From: Actinomycetota bacterium
Lineage (GTDB): Bacteria > Actinomycetota > Acidimicrobiia > Acidimicrobiales > VFJN01
Reading direction: 5' to 3'
DNA: 64,000 nucleotides
Assembly (NCBI GenBank): GCA_046730015.1
Contig: JBKPHT010000126.1
Coordinates: 1,074-65,073 of the forward strand
The notes beneath the pieces are model-generated. The model was given only the letters and a program-made list of their open reading frames with translations. It did not search any database and was not told the DNA's origin. Below, one piece after another: positions 8,716 through 18,127 of this stretch (within the stretch, counting starts at the first letter, position 1; each line of letters starts with the position of its first letter). The position numbers and the translations under genes are program-made.

Positions 8716-9864
8716 GTGGAACGGACGCTGTTCGACGACGACCACGAGCTGTTCCGGGACAGCGTGGCCCGGTTCATCGCCGCCGAGGTGGCGCCGCACA
8801 ACGACGAGTGGGAGCGGGCCGGGATCGTCGACCGGTCGCTGTTCACCGGGGCCGGCAAGCACGGGTTCCTGGGCATGGCCGCACCGGTGGAGCACGGCGG
8901 CGGCGGGGTCGACGACTTCCGCTACAACCTCGTGATCGCCGAGGAGATCCAGCGGGCCGGGGTCAACGCCGCGGGGCTCGGCTGGACGCTCCACAACGAC
9001 ATCTGCCTGCCCTACTTCCTGTCGCTGGCGACGCCGGAGCAGCAGGCCCGGTGGCTGCCCGGTATCTGCTCCGGCGACCTGGTGACGGCGATCGCCATGA
9101 CCGAGCCCGGCATCGGGTCGGACCTCGCGTCGATGACCACCACCGCCCGCCGCGACGGCGACGACTACGTCGTCAACGGGTCGAAGACGTTCATCACCAA
9201 CGGCGTCAACGCCGACCTGGTCATTACCGCGGTGAAGACCGACCCGTCCGAGCGCCACCGGGGCATGTCGCTGGTGGTGGTCGAGCGGGGCATGGCCGGC
9301 TTCGAGCGGGGCCGCAACCTCGACAAGATCGGCATGCACGCGCAGGACACGGCCGAGCTGTTCTTCACCGACGTCCGGGTGCCCGTGGCCAACCGGCTCG
9401 GCGACGAGGGCCAGGGGTTCCGCTACCTGATATCCAACCTGCCCCAGGAGCGCCTGTCGATCGGCGCCACCGGCGTCGCCGCGGCCCGGGCGGCGTTCGA
9501 CGCGACGCTCACCTACGTGAAGGAGCGGACGGCGTTCGGGCAGCCGGTGGGCTCGTTCCAGAACAGCCGGTTCCGGATGGCCGAGATGGCGACCGAGATC
9601 GAGATCGCCCAGAGCTACGTCGACCGCTGCGTGCTCGCCCTGAACGCGGGCGACCTCACCGCGGAGGAGGCGTCGATGGCCAAGTGGTGGTGCACCGAGC
9701 TGCAAGGCCGGGTGGTCGACGCCTGCGTGCAGCTCCACGGCGGCTACGGCTACATGGCCGAGTACCCGGTGGCGCGTGCGTACGCCGACGCCCGCATCAC
9801 CCGGATCTACGGGGGCACGACCGAGATCATGAAGGAGATCATCGGCCGCTCCCTCGGCCTGTGA
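8716..9864 (+). CDS. Acyl-CoA dehydrogenase
   Basis: C-terminal 382 aa of track ORF 8167..9864, from GTG at 8716 (VERTLFDDDHELFRDSVARFIAAEV...). ACAD features: AMTEPGIGSDL, the FITNG region, and a C-terminal YGGTTEIMKEIIGR. Confidence 0.9.
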   Translation: MERTLFDDDHELFRDSVARFIAAEVAPHNDEWERAGIVDRSLFTGAGKHGFLGMAAPVEHGGGGVDDFRYNLVIAEEIQRAGVNAAGLGWTLHNDICLPYFLSLATPEQQARWLPGICSGDLVTAIAMTEPGIGSDLASMTTTARRDGDDYVVNGSKTFITNGVNADLVITAVKTDPSERHRGMSLVVVERGMAGFERGRNLDKIGMHAQDTAELFFTDVRVPVANRLGDEGQGFRYLISNLPQERLSIGATGVAAARAAFDATLTYVKERTAFGQPVGSFQNSRFRMAEMATEIEIAQSYVDRCVLALNAGDLTAEEASMAKWWCTELQGRVVDACVQLHGGYGYMAEYPVARAYADARITRIYGGTTEIMKEIIGRSLGL

Positions 9865-9868
9865 CGGG

Positions 9869-11089
9869 TCAGGACCTCAGCAGGTCCTTGGCGATGTGGG
9901 TGATCTGGATCTCGTCGGTGCCGGCGTAGATCTGCAGAACCTTGGCGTCCCGGGCCAGCTGCTCGACCTGGAACTCGCTCATGTAGCCGTTGCCGCCGAA
10001 CAGCTGGACGGCCTCGAGGGCCACCTCCGTGGCCGCCCGGGCCGAGTACAGCTTCATGGCCGACGCCTCGGCCAGCGTGAACCCCTGGCCCGTGGCCGAC
10101 GCCTCGATCACCCGGAACACGAGGTTCTGGACGTTGAGCCGGGCCACCTCCATCCGGGCCAGCTTGTCCTGGATGAGCTGGAACTCCCCGATGGGCTGGC
10201 CGAATTGGACCCGGTCCCGGGCGTACGCCACCGACAGGTCGAGGCACTGCGAGATGATGCCGAGCGCCATCGCCGCCACCCCCGACCGCTCCTGCAGGAA
10301 CGTCGCCTTGGCCGCGGTGCGGCCGCCGCCCTCCGGCTGCTCCGACCCGCCGATCAGCCGGTCGCGGCCCACCCGGACGTCGGTCAGGAACAGCTCGCCG
10401 GTCGGCGAGCTGTGCATCCCCATCTTCTTCAGCGGCTTCGACTGCTCGAGGCCGGGCATGCCCGAGTCGAGGACGAAGCTGAGCACGGTCCGCTCGGCCG
10501 GCGGGTTGCCCTCGTCGAGCTTGCAGATGAACACGATCGTGTCGGCGTAGGGGCCGTTGGTGATGAACGTCTTCGACCCGTTGAGGACGTACTCGTCGCC
10601 GTCCCGCCGGGCGGTGGACTGCATCGACCCGAAGGCGTCCGACCCCGAACTGGGCTCGGTGATGGCCCAGGCGCCGATCTTCTCCATCGTGAGCAGCGGG
10701 AGCGCCCACCGCTCCTTCTGCTCCGGCGTGCCCTTGGACATGATCGCCGCCGAGGTGAGGCCCATCGACACGCCCATGGCGGTGACCATGCCGGGGCTCC
10801 AGCGGCACAGCTCGATGATCGGGATCATCTGGAAGGCCACCGCGTTGGCGGCCGCGGCGGGGTCGCGGGGCGCGCTCTCGTCCTCGTCCTCCCGGTCGCC
10901 GGCCATCTGGCGGGCGAAGCGGTCGCGGGCCATGGCGTCCATGCCGAAGGTCGTGAACAGCTTGCGGAGGATGTCGTAGGGGGGCAGGTCGCCGTGCTCG
11001 AGCTCCCGGTGGTGGGGCACGACCTCCTTGGCGATGAAGTCGCGCACGGCGGTACGCACCATCTGCTGCTCGTCCGACCAGTCGATCAC
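9869..11089 (-). CDS. Acyl-CoA dehydrogenase
   Basis: 406-aa ORF. AITEPSSGSDA, the FITNG region, and a C-terminal IYAGTDEIQITHIAKDL. Convergent with the other ACAD. Confidence 0.9.
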   Translation of the reverse strand: MIDWSDEQQMVRTAVRDFIAKEVVPHHRELEHGDLPPYDILRKLFTTFGMDAMARDRFARQMAGDREDEDESAPRDPAAAANAVAFQMIPIIELCRWSPGMVTAMGVSMGLTSAAIMSKGTPEQKERWALPLLTMEKIGAWAITEPSSGSDAFGSMQSTARRDGDEYVLNGSKTFITNGPYADTIVFICKLDEGNPPAERTVLSFVLDSGMPGLEQSKPLKKMGMHSSPTGELFLTDVRVGRDRLIGGSEQPEGGGRTAAKATFLQERSGVAAMALGIISQCLDLSVAYARDRVQFGQPIGEFQLIQDKLARMEVARLNVQNLVFRVIEASATGQGFTLAEASAMKLYSARAATEVALEAVQLFGGNGYMSEFQVEQLARDAKVLQIYAGTDEIQITHIAKDLLRS

Positions 11090-11214
11090 CGTGACCTCCG
11101 ACCACTCCGGCTACAGGTTCTCGCATCAGCGATGCAAGCACCCTAGGACTGTGGAAGGGCGCTCCGGAAGTGGCATCCTGTACCGACCCCCAAGGGACGT
11201 TCGAGGAGTCGCGC

Positions 11215-11700
11215 GTGTCGTTTCGCGTCAAGGATCGGGTGGTGTACCCCCACCACGGGGCCGCCGTCATCGAGGCCACGGAGACGAGGTCCATGCAACC
11301 CGACGGCGAGGACAAGGAGTTCTTCGTGCTGCGGATGACCCACGGCGACCTGGTGCTCAAGGTCCCCGTGGACAAGGCCGAGGAGATCGGGATGCGGTAC
11401 CCGATCTCGGTCGAGGACGTCGAGGACGTGTTCGAGGTCCTGGCCAAGAAGGACGTCCGCGAGCCGACCAACTGGTCCCGCCGGTTCAAGAACCACCAGG
11501 AGAAGCTCAAGTCGGGCGACGTCTACCAGGTGGCCGAGGTGGTCCGGAACCTGGCCCTGCGCGACAACGACAAGGGCCTGTCGGCCGGCGAGAAGTCGAT
11601 GTTCGTCAAGGCCCGCCAGGTGCTCGTCTCGGAGCTCGCGTTCGCCCTCGACATCAGCGAGGACGACGCGATGGACCGGCTGTCCAAGACCATCGCCTGA
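11215..11700 (+). CDS. carD: CarD family transcriptional regulator (RNA polymerase-binding)
   Basis: Track ORF 11170..11700. The likely true start is the in-frame GTG at 11215, preceded by GAGGAG, giving SFRVKDRVVYPHHGAAVIEATE, the characteristic CarD N-terminus. Confidence 0.9.
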   Translation: MSFRVKDRVVYPHHGAAVIEATETRSMQPDGEDKEFFVLRMTHGDLVLKVPVDKAEEIGMRYPISVEDVEDVFEVLAKKDVREPTNWSRRFKNHQEKLKSGDVYQVAEVVRNLALRDNDKGLSAGEKSMFVKARQVLVSELAFALDISEDDAMDRLSKTIA

Positions 11701-11859
11701 CCGGTTCTCCCGCCGTTTCCCGGCCCCGTCGCGCCCCCGCCGCGCCCTGATACCGGCGTTCCCGCATCATCCCCTACAGTTCCTGCTCCGGTCGGCTGGG
11801 CGAGCGCCCGTCCCTCCGGTTGCTGGGACCCGAGGCGGAGAGACCGACGAGGACGCAAC

Positions 11860-12969
11860 ATGAGCGACACACCGCAAGGACCTGACTGGTGGCAGGCCTC
11901 TGACGACAAGTGGTATCCACCGCCGCGCCCCGAGATGCCGGGCGACGAGACCGTTCCGCAGCCGGCCGCCGTGCCGGGGTTCCCGCCGCCGGGCGGCCCG
12001 CCGACCGGTCCGCCGATGGGCCCGCCGAGCGCCTACCCGCCGGCCGGCCCGCCAGGGGGGTTCCCGTCCGGGCCGCCGAGCGGCGGCTACCCGCCCGGTG
12101 CCCCCGGCGCCCCCGGTTACCCGCCGGGCGTCCCGTCCGGCCCCTACGGCGCTCCGCCCCCCGGGCAGGGCCAGAACCGCACGCCGCTGTTCATCGGCAT
12201 CGGCGTCGTCGTCGCGGCCCTGCTCATCGGCCTGTTCTTCGTGATGCAGGGCGACGACGACGAGACGTCGACCGGCGACGACCCGCCCGCCACCACCGAG
12301 GCGACCGAGCCGGACTCGCCCCCCACCAGCGAGACGCCGAGCGAGACCTCGGACCCTGGCGGCACCCCGTCCGGCGACACGACCCTGGAGGTCGTCGAGT
12401 CCGGGTTCTCCAACTACATGGGCGGCTACGACCAGGACGAGCTGCAGGCGAGCTACGGCTTCATCGTCGAGAACACCGGGGACGAGACGGCGACCGACGT
12501 CGACGTCAGCGTGTCGGTCTTCGACGCCGCGGGCACCGTGCTGAGCAGCGAGCAGCACACCATCTACGTCATCCGGCCCGGCGAGAAGGTCGGCATCGGC
12601 GACGAGTTCTACAGCGAGCTGACGGCGGAGATCGCCAACCTCGAGGTCCAGATCGGCGAGCCGTCGCCGTACGCCACCGACGTGCCCGACGAGGGCACCC
12701 TCACCGCCGAGGGTGTGAGCACGGTGGCCGAGGAGTACGGCGGCCTGAAGACGACCTTCACGGTCACCTCGACCTACGCCGAGCAGCTCGACGGCCCCTA
12801 CGCCTACGCCATCTACCGGGACGCGGGCGGCGCCATCATCGGCGGGTCGTGGGGCATCCTCAACTTCGTGCCCGCCGGCGGCTCGACCGCGGGCGAGATC
12901 ACGAGCTTCGAGACGATCCCCGGCGTGGCCACCACCGAGATCTATCTCGACCCGGGCTACCTGGGCTGA
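11860..12969 (+). CDS. Proline-rich single-pass membrane protein, function unknown
   Basis: 369-aa ORF. N-terminal PDWWQASDDKWYPP motif, about 90 aa of P/G-rich sequence, one TM helix (LFIGIGVVVAALLIGLFFV), an acidic S/T/P linker, and two similar C-terminal domains of about 90 aa. Confidence 0.6.
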   Translation: MSDTPQGPDWWQASDDKWYPPPRPEMPGDETVPQPAAVPGFPPPGGPPTGPPMGPPSAYPPAGPPGGFPSGPPSGGYPPGAPGAPGYPPGVPSGPYGAPPPGQGQNRTPLFIGIGVVVAALLIGLFFVMQGDDDETSTGDDPPATTEATEPDSPPTSETPSETSDPGGTPSGDTTLEVVESGFSNYMGGYDQDELQASYGFIVENTGDETATDVDVSVSVFDAAGTVLSSEQHTIYVIRPGEKVGIGDEFYSELTAEIANLEVQIGEPSPYATDVPDEGTLTAEGVSTVAEEYGGLKTTFTVTSTYAEQLDGPYAYAIYRDAGGAIIGGSWGILNFVPAGGSTAGEITSFETIPGVATTEIYLDPGYLG

Positions 12970-13072
12970 TCCCGGCTTCCGGGGCGGCCGGCACCGGCCG
13001 GCCGGGCGGACGGCCCCGGGTTGCCGGGGCGAGCCCGGCAGTCGCCAGCGTCGTCCCGACTAGGGGCGTGCC

Positions 13073-13741
13073 CTAGGCGTCGGCTTCGAGGATCAGCTGG
13101 ACCAGCGCTTCCTCGTCGGTGCGGTTCTCGAGGCCCCGCAGCGCCGGGTTGTCGCTCTCGCCGGTCGCGCAGCGCCTGATCGTGTGGAACCCGGCCCGCT
13201 TCAGCTCGGCGCTCAGGCTGGTCTCGTCGTAGAGGTAGCCGACGTGGTGCCCGTGATCGGCGAAGGGGACGCGCAGCAGGTCTGTCGAGTGCTCGGCGAC
13301 GTGGCCCTTCTGCCGGTGCATGCCGAGCACCGCCGCGGCGCGCTCTTCGTCCTCGCCGAGGTAGTAGCGGGCGGCGGACTCGACGTCGGGCGTCGGCAGC
13401 CGGATGGTTCCTCCGGGCCGCAGCGCGGTGTGGGCCTGGCGCAGGAAGGCCCTGGCCTGGTCGAGCGTGAGGTGCTCGACCATGTTGTCGGCGAATATCA
13501 GCTCGACAGACCCAGGGTCGACCGGCCAGGGCTGCGTGGCGTCGAGGAACAGGCGGGTGTTCCAGTTGGCGTTGGTCACGACCCATCCGGGCCGGGGGGC
13601 GATCCCCCCGAGCTCGATGCGCAGGGGCGGGGTCGCCTGGGCCAGCTCGCGTCGCAGTCGCCGGCGCGCCAGCGGCGCGTTGAGCGCGATGATCACCGGC
13701 TTCACCAGGCCCTTGACGTGGACCCTCGCCCCAGACTCCAT
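13073..13741 (-). CDS. Class I SAM-dependent methyltransferase-like protein
   Basis: 222-aa ORF. IELGGIAPRPGWVVTNANW (nucleotide-binding loop pattern) and ADNMVEHLTLDQARAFLRQAHTALRPGGTIRL (Methyltransf_11/23-like motif). Confidence 0.6.
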   Translation of the reverse strand: MESGARVHVKGLVKPVIIALNAPLARRRLRRELAQATPPLRIELGGIAPRPGWVVTNANWNTRLFLDATQPWPVDPGSVELIFADNMVEHLTLDQARAFLRQAHTALRPGGTIRLPTPDVESAARYYLGEDEERAAAVLGMHRQKGHVAEHSTDLLRVPFADHGHHVGYLYDETSLSAELKRAGFHTIRRCATGESDNPALRGLENRTDEEALVQLILEADA

Positions 13742-13795
13742 GACCGGCCAGCGTACTAGCCTGACCGAGGAGCTGGGAGGAGGTCGGTCGGAGCC

Positions 13796-15160
13796 GTGGG
13801 AGTGCTACAGCGTTCTGCCGCACGCCACCTCTCGCCCGCGCGCAAGCGCGGTGGCCGCTATGCCACGAAGCACCGGTTGCTCGTCCTCAGCGACCAGGCA
13901 GTGTCGAGCCTGAGCAACGTGCTGGTGACGATCCTCGTCGCGAGCACCGCGAACCGTCAGACCTTCGGTGTCTTCGCGCTGACACTGGTTGCGTACCAGT
14001 TGGCTCTCGGGGCGATCCGCTCGGTCGCGACCGAGCCACTGCTGTCGCTGTACGCCGACCACGGTCCCCGCTCCCGGCGCGGCATCGTCGCCGACATCCA
14101 AGGGACGACGCTGTTCGTCGGCGCGGCATGCTCGCTGTTGACCTGCGCGGTCGCCGCCCTGCTCGACCCGGGGCCGCAGGCGGCGTTCCTCGCCTTGGCG
14201 CTGGTGCTCCCGCTCGTGCTGGTCCAGGACACCTGGCGCTACCTGCTGGTCATCGATCGCCCGGGGGCGGCTCTGGCGATCGATGTCGTCTGGCTCCTCG
14301 TCCTCGTGCCGGCGCTGACGTTGGTACCCTCGGGCTCCGAGGCCGGTACCTATGTCCTCGCCTGGGGTCTCACCGGCGCGCTCGGCGCGGTGACCGGGAC
14401 GGCGCTGGGGTGGGGGTTGCCGGGCTGGCCGCATCCCTGGAAGTGGTTGGTGCGCCACGGCGCCATGTCCTGGCGGTATTTCATGGAGTTCGTGACCGCC
14501 CAGGGCGTCGGGCAGCTCGGGTTCGCAGGGCTCGCCGCGATCTCGGGAGCCGCCGCCCTCGGTGCGGCCCGGGCAGCCTGGGTCGTGTTCGGCGTGCTGG
14601 TCGTCGTCCACTCGGGCCTCTACATGATCCTCGTGCCGGAGGGCGTGCGCGAGCGGAGCGACCCGGGCCGGCTGCGACGCAAGTTCGTCGGCGCTTCCGT
14701 GGCGTCGATCGGCGTCTCGGCCGCTTGGATGGTGACCTCGCTGCTGGTGCCGTCGAGCATCGGGATGCGCCTGTTCGGCGACACCTGGGATAAGGCCGAG
14801 CAGCTGCTGGTGCCAATGGGGGTCGTGATGATCGCGGGGAGCGCGCTGAGCGGAGCGCTGCTCGGCATCAGGGCCCTGAGCGATCCAGGGCGCAGCCTGC
14901 GGGCCCGCCTGGCCTCCGCGCCGTTCCAGGCCGTCTGTCCCCTGGTCGGGGCCGTGTTGGGGGATGCCACCGGGTTCGTGCTCGGGCTGGCGGCCGGCAA
15001 TGCCGTCTCCGCTGTCATCTGGTGGACGAGCTTCCTGCGGGCGACGGCGGGCGACGCTCCGGCAGATGACCGCTCGCCGGTCCCGCAGCCGGCCGCGGGC
15101 AGCTCGCCAGGGACCGACGCCGGCGCGCCGGTCGACGCGGGCATCGCCGCCTCGGCCTGA
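13796..15160 (+). CDS. Polytopic membrane protein, polysaccharide/oligosaccharide flippase-like (Wzx/MOP-type)
   Basis: 454-aa ORF with about 12 predicted hydrophobic helices. The N-terminal pattern LLVLSDQAVSSLSNVLVTILVA is typical of polysaccharide biosynthesis (MOP) proteins. The call is by topology and pattern only. Confidence 0.5.
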   Translation: MGVLQRSAARHLSPARKRGGRYATKHRLLVLSDQAVSSLSNVLVTILVASTANRQTFGVFALTLVAYQLALGAIRSVATEPLLSLYADHGPRSRRGIVADIQGTTLFVGAACSLLTCAVAALLDPGPQAAFLALALVLPLVLVQDTWRYLLVIDRPGAALAIDVVWLLVLVPALTLVPSGSEAGTYVLAWGLTGALGAVTGTALGWGLPGWPHPWKWLVRHGAMSWRYFMEFVTAQGVGQLGFAGLAAISGAAALGAARAAWVVFGVLVVVHSGLYMILVPEGVRERSDPGRLRRKFVGASVASIGVSAAWMVTSLLVPSSIGMRLFGDTWDKAEQLLVPMGVVMIAGSALSGALLGIRALSDPGRSLRARLASAPFQAVCPLVGAVLGDATGFVLGLAAGNAVSAVIWWTSFLRATAGDAPADDRSPVPQPAAGSSPGTDAGAPVDAGIAASA

Positions 15161-15208
15161 GCCGTCGCGCCGGTGCCAGCGGCCTCTAGCGACAGGGACG
15201 TCGGGTTG

Positions 15209-15283
15209 TGGGCGTAACAGGGCTCGAACCTGTGACCTCACGCGTGTGAAGCGTGCGCTCTAGCCGACTGAGCTATACGCCCC
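15209..15283 (-). tRNA. tRNA-Val (anticodon CAC)
   Basis: The reverse complement reads GGGCGTATAGCTCAGTCGGCTAGAGCGCACGCTTCACACGCGTGAGGTCACAGGTTCGAGCCCTGTTACGCCCA. It forms a cloverleaf with a 7-bp acceptor stem, anticodon loop TTCACAC, and a T-arm GGTTCGAGCC. CCA is not encoded. Confidence 0.9.
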
Positions 15284-15311
15284 GAGGGAACGTGAAGTCT
15301 AGCGCGGCCGG

Positions 15312-16721
15312 TCAGCCGGCTCCGAACGGCGCGATGGCGTCGGCGCCGAGGGCGTCCTCCAGCAGGCACATCAGCCGCAGCACCACCACGTCGCCGTGCG
15401 GGGGGCCGACGATCTGCAGGCCGACCGGCATGCCGTCGGGGGTGAAGCCGGCGTTGACGGTGCCGGCCGGCGACCGGGTCATGTTGAAGCCGTACGTGAA
15501 CCGCACCCAGTTGACGTCGGGCTGGCCGTCGATCGTGCCGCCCTCCCCCAGCCGGGGGGTCTGCCCGGCCACGGTCGGGCACAGCAGCAGCGGCACCTGG
15601 TGGAACAGGTCGACGAGCCGGACGTTCAGACGGTGGCAGGCGTCGAGGGCCTGCACGAACCGGGTGGCGGTGACGGTCGCTCCGGTCCACTCGACGATCG
15701 CGAGCAGGCCCGGGTCGATCATCGACCACACCTCCCCGCCCCGGAACGGCTCCAGGGTCCGGCTGCAGTACGTGCCGACGAGCGCCAGCCAGTCCTCGAT
15801 CGGGTCGTCGGGGAACACGGTGTCGATCTCGACCACCTCGGTGCCGAGGCCCTCCAACCGGCGGACCGCGGCCTCGCAGACCACCCGGATCTCGCTGTCG
15901 ACCTTGGCGTAGCCGAGAGTCGGCGACCAGGCCACCTTGCGCGGCGGGTACACGTCGGCCAGCGAGCGCGACCACGACGCCTCCGGCAGCGGCAGCGACG
16001 CCAGGTCGGTCGGCTCCGGACCGACCACCGCGTCGAGCACGAGGGCCAAGTCGCGGATCCGGCGGGTCATCGGGCCCCGGGTCGACAGCAGCGGCCAGTC
16101 CGGCGGCTCCGGGCCGCCGCTCGGCACCCGGCCGAGCGACGGCTTGAGGCCCGACAGGCCGCACACGGCCGAGGGGATGCGGATGGACCCGCCGCCGTCC
16201 GACCCCGTGGCCAGCGGGACGAGGCCGGCCGCCACCGCCGCCGCCGAGCCGCCAGACGAGCCGCCGGCCACCCGCTCGAGGTCCCACGGGTTGCGGGTGG
16301 AGCCGAACAGGGCGTTGGTCGTGTCGGGCTTCCAGGCCAGCTCCGGGGTGTTGGTCTTGCCGACGACGACGCAGCCGGCGGCCCGCATCCGGTCCACCAG
16401 CGGCGAGTCGACGGTGGCCGGCGGGTCGCCGGCGAAGCACGCGGAGCCCCGGGTGGTGACGTAGCCGGCCGCGTCCTCCAGGTCCTTGACCCCGAGCGGC
16501 ACCCCGGCCAGGGGGCCGACGTCCTCCCCGGCAGCGATCCGCTCGTCCACGGCGGCGGCCTCGGCCAGGGCAGCCTCGGCGTCGACGGCGACGAACGCGC
16601 CCAGCTGGGGGTCGAGCGCCTCGATGCGGTCGAGCGCGGACCGGACCAGCTCGCGGGCCGACACGGCGCCACGGGTCACCTGGTCCGCCAGCTCGGCGAC
16701 GGTCACGTCCCGGAAGTCCAT
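15312..16721 (-). CDS. Amidase (amidase-signature family)
   Basis: 469-aa ORF. Amidase signature GGSSGGSAAAVAAG and catalytic-region GSDGGGSIRIPSA. Confidence 0.9.
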   Translation of the reverse strand: MDFRDVTVAELADQVTRGAVSARELVRSALDRIEALDPQLGAFVAVDAEAALAEAAAVDERIAAGEDVGPLAGVPLGVKDLEDAAGYVTTRGSACFAGDPPATVDSPLVDRMRAAGCVVVGKTNTPELAWKPDTTNALFGSTRNPWDLERVAGGSSGGSAAAVAAGLVPLATGSDGGGSIRIPSAVCGLSGLKPSLGRVPSGGPEPPDWPLLSTRGPMTRRIRDLALVLDAVVGPEPTDLASLPLPEASWSRSLADVYPPRKVAWSPTLGYAKVDSEIRVVCEAAVRRLEGLGTEVVEIDTVFPDDPIEDWLALVGTYCSRTLEPFRGGEVWSMIDPGLLAIVEWTGATVTATRFVQALDACHRLNVRLVDLFHQVPLLLCPTVAGQTPRLGEGGTIDGQPDVNWVRFTYGFNMTRSPAGTVNAGFTPDGMPVGLQIVGPPHGDVVVLRLMCLLEDALGADAIAPFGAG

Positions 16722-16816
16722 GGCCCGGACCGTACCGGGGGAATGCCGCGGCGGGCCGCGACGTTGCGCGCCGACGGTATGCCCCGGACCGACCGCGACG
16801 CGCCCACCGTCGCCCC

Positions 16817-18127
16817 GTGAGCCGCCCCGTCGACGACGTCGTCGAGGACATTGAGGACGCGCTGGTCGACGGCGACCGGACGTTCGTCCCGGGGACCGCC
16901 CGGGCGGCGCTGCGCCACCGGACGTTCCGCCGGGTCTTCACCGGCTCGTTCCTGTCGAACATCGGCACCTGGATGCAGAACGTCGTCCTGGGCGCCATCG
17001 CCTACGACCTCACCGAGTCCCCCACGTTCGTCGGGGTCGTGCTGTTCGCCCAGCTGGGGCCCCTGTTGCTCCTCTCCGTGGTCGGCGGCGCGCTGGCCGA
17101 CACGATCGACCGCCGCCGGCTGCTGATCGGCGTCGCGGTGAGCCAGCTCGTCCTGTCGTTCGTGCTCGCCGCGGTGGCCGCCCCCGACCAGCCCAACGAG
17201 GTGCTGCTTGTCGTGGTGGTGTTCGGCATCGGCATCGGGCAGGCGCTGTTCAACCCGGCGTACTCGGCCGTGCTCCCCCAACTTGTGGACCCCGATGACC
17301 TGCCCGGCGCGGTCGCCCTCCACTCGGCCCAGATGAACGGCTCCCGGGTGATCGGCCCTGTGATCGGTGCCGTGCTCGACGCGGCCGTCGGCGCCTCGGC
17401 CGTGTTCGCGCTCAACGGCCTGACCTACCTGTTCGTCGTCGCCTCGCTCACCACCGTCCGGCTGCCGCCACCGGCGGTGGCACCGGGGGCCCAGCGGGGC
17501 CTGCGCCGGCTCGGCGCCGGCTTCGCGGTGGCCCGGCGCGATCCGGTGATCCGGCGCTGCCTCCTCACGATGGTCACGTTCTCGTTGGTCTCGCTGACCT
17601 TCGTCGGCCAGTTCCCCGTCGTCGCCGAGCGGAACCTCGGCATCGACGAGCGGTCCGCCGCCTACGGGCTGCTCTACGCCTGCCTCGGCATCGGGGCGGT
17701 GGCCGGGGCCCTGTCGATCGGGACGGTGTTCAGCCAGCGGCCCAAGGAGCGGATCGTCCGGGCGGCGCTGGCCTGCTACGCGGCGGTCCTGGCCGTGTTC
17801 GCGCTGCTCCGGACGCCCGCGGTCGCCTACGCGGTGGTGCTTGTCGTCGGGCTCGCCTACTTCGCGTTCATCACGTCGCTGTCCACGCTGCTCCAGCAGC
17901 GGCTCCACGACCACGAGCGGGGCAGCGTGATGGCCCTGTGGATCATGGCGTTCGGCGGCACCGTGCCCATCGGCAACCTCATCGCCGGACCGGTCATCGA
18001 GGCGACGTCGATCACCGCCGTCCTGCTCGTCGGCGCCGTGGTCGCCGCCGGGCTGGCCGTGTACGCCCGCGTCGCGCCGGGGCCGGCCGACACCGCCGCC
18101 GAGCTCGACCCGGCCCGGGCCGCGTGA
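16817..18127 (+). CDS. MFS transporter
   Basis: 436-aa ORF with a GTG start and about 12 TM helices. The N-terminal FRRVFTGSFLSNIGTWMQNVVLG is typical of the MFS_3/enterobactin-exporter-like group. Confidence 0.8.
   Translation: MSRPVDDVVEDIEDALVDGDRTFVPGTARAALRHRTFRRVFTGSFLSNIGTWMQNVVLGAIAYDLTESPTFVGVVLFAQLGPLLLLSVVGGALADTIDRRRLLIGVAVSQLVLSFVLAAVAAPDQPNEVLLVVVVFGIGIGQALFNPAYSAVLPQLVDPDDLPGAVALHSAQMNGSRVIGPVIGAVLDAAVGASAVFALNGLTYLFVVASLTTVRLPPPAVAPGAQRGLRRLGAGFAVARRDPVIRRCLLTMVTFSLVSLTFVGQFPVVAERNLGIDERSAAYGLLYACLGIGAVAGALSIGTVFSQRPKERIVRAALACYAAVLAVFALLRTPAVAYAVVLVVGLAYFAFITSLSTLLQQRLHDHERGSVMALWIMAFGGTVPIGNLIAGPVIEATSITAVLLVGAVVAAGLAVYARVAPGPADTAAELDPARAA

Noticed and set aside
13073-15283. 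Possible genomic island at the 3' side of tRNA-Val (methyltransferase plus flippase-like genes).
   Set aside because: There is no integrase, no direct repeat of the tRNA 3' end, and no obvious compositional shift.
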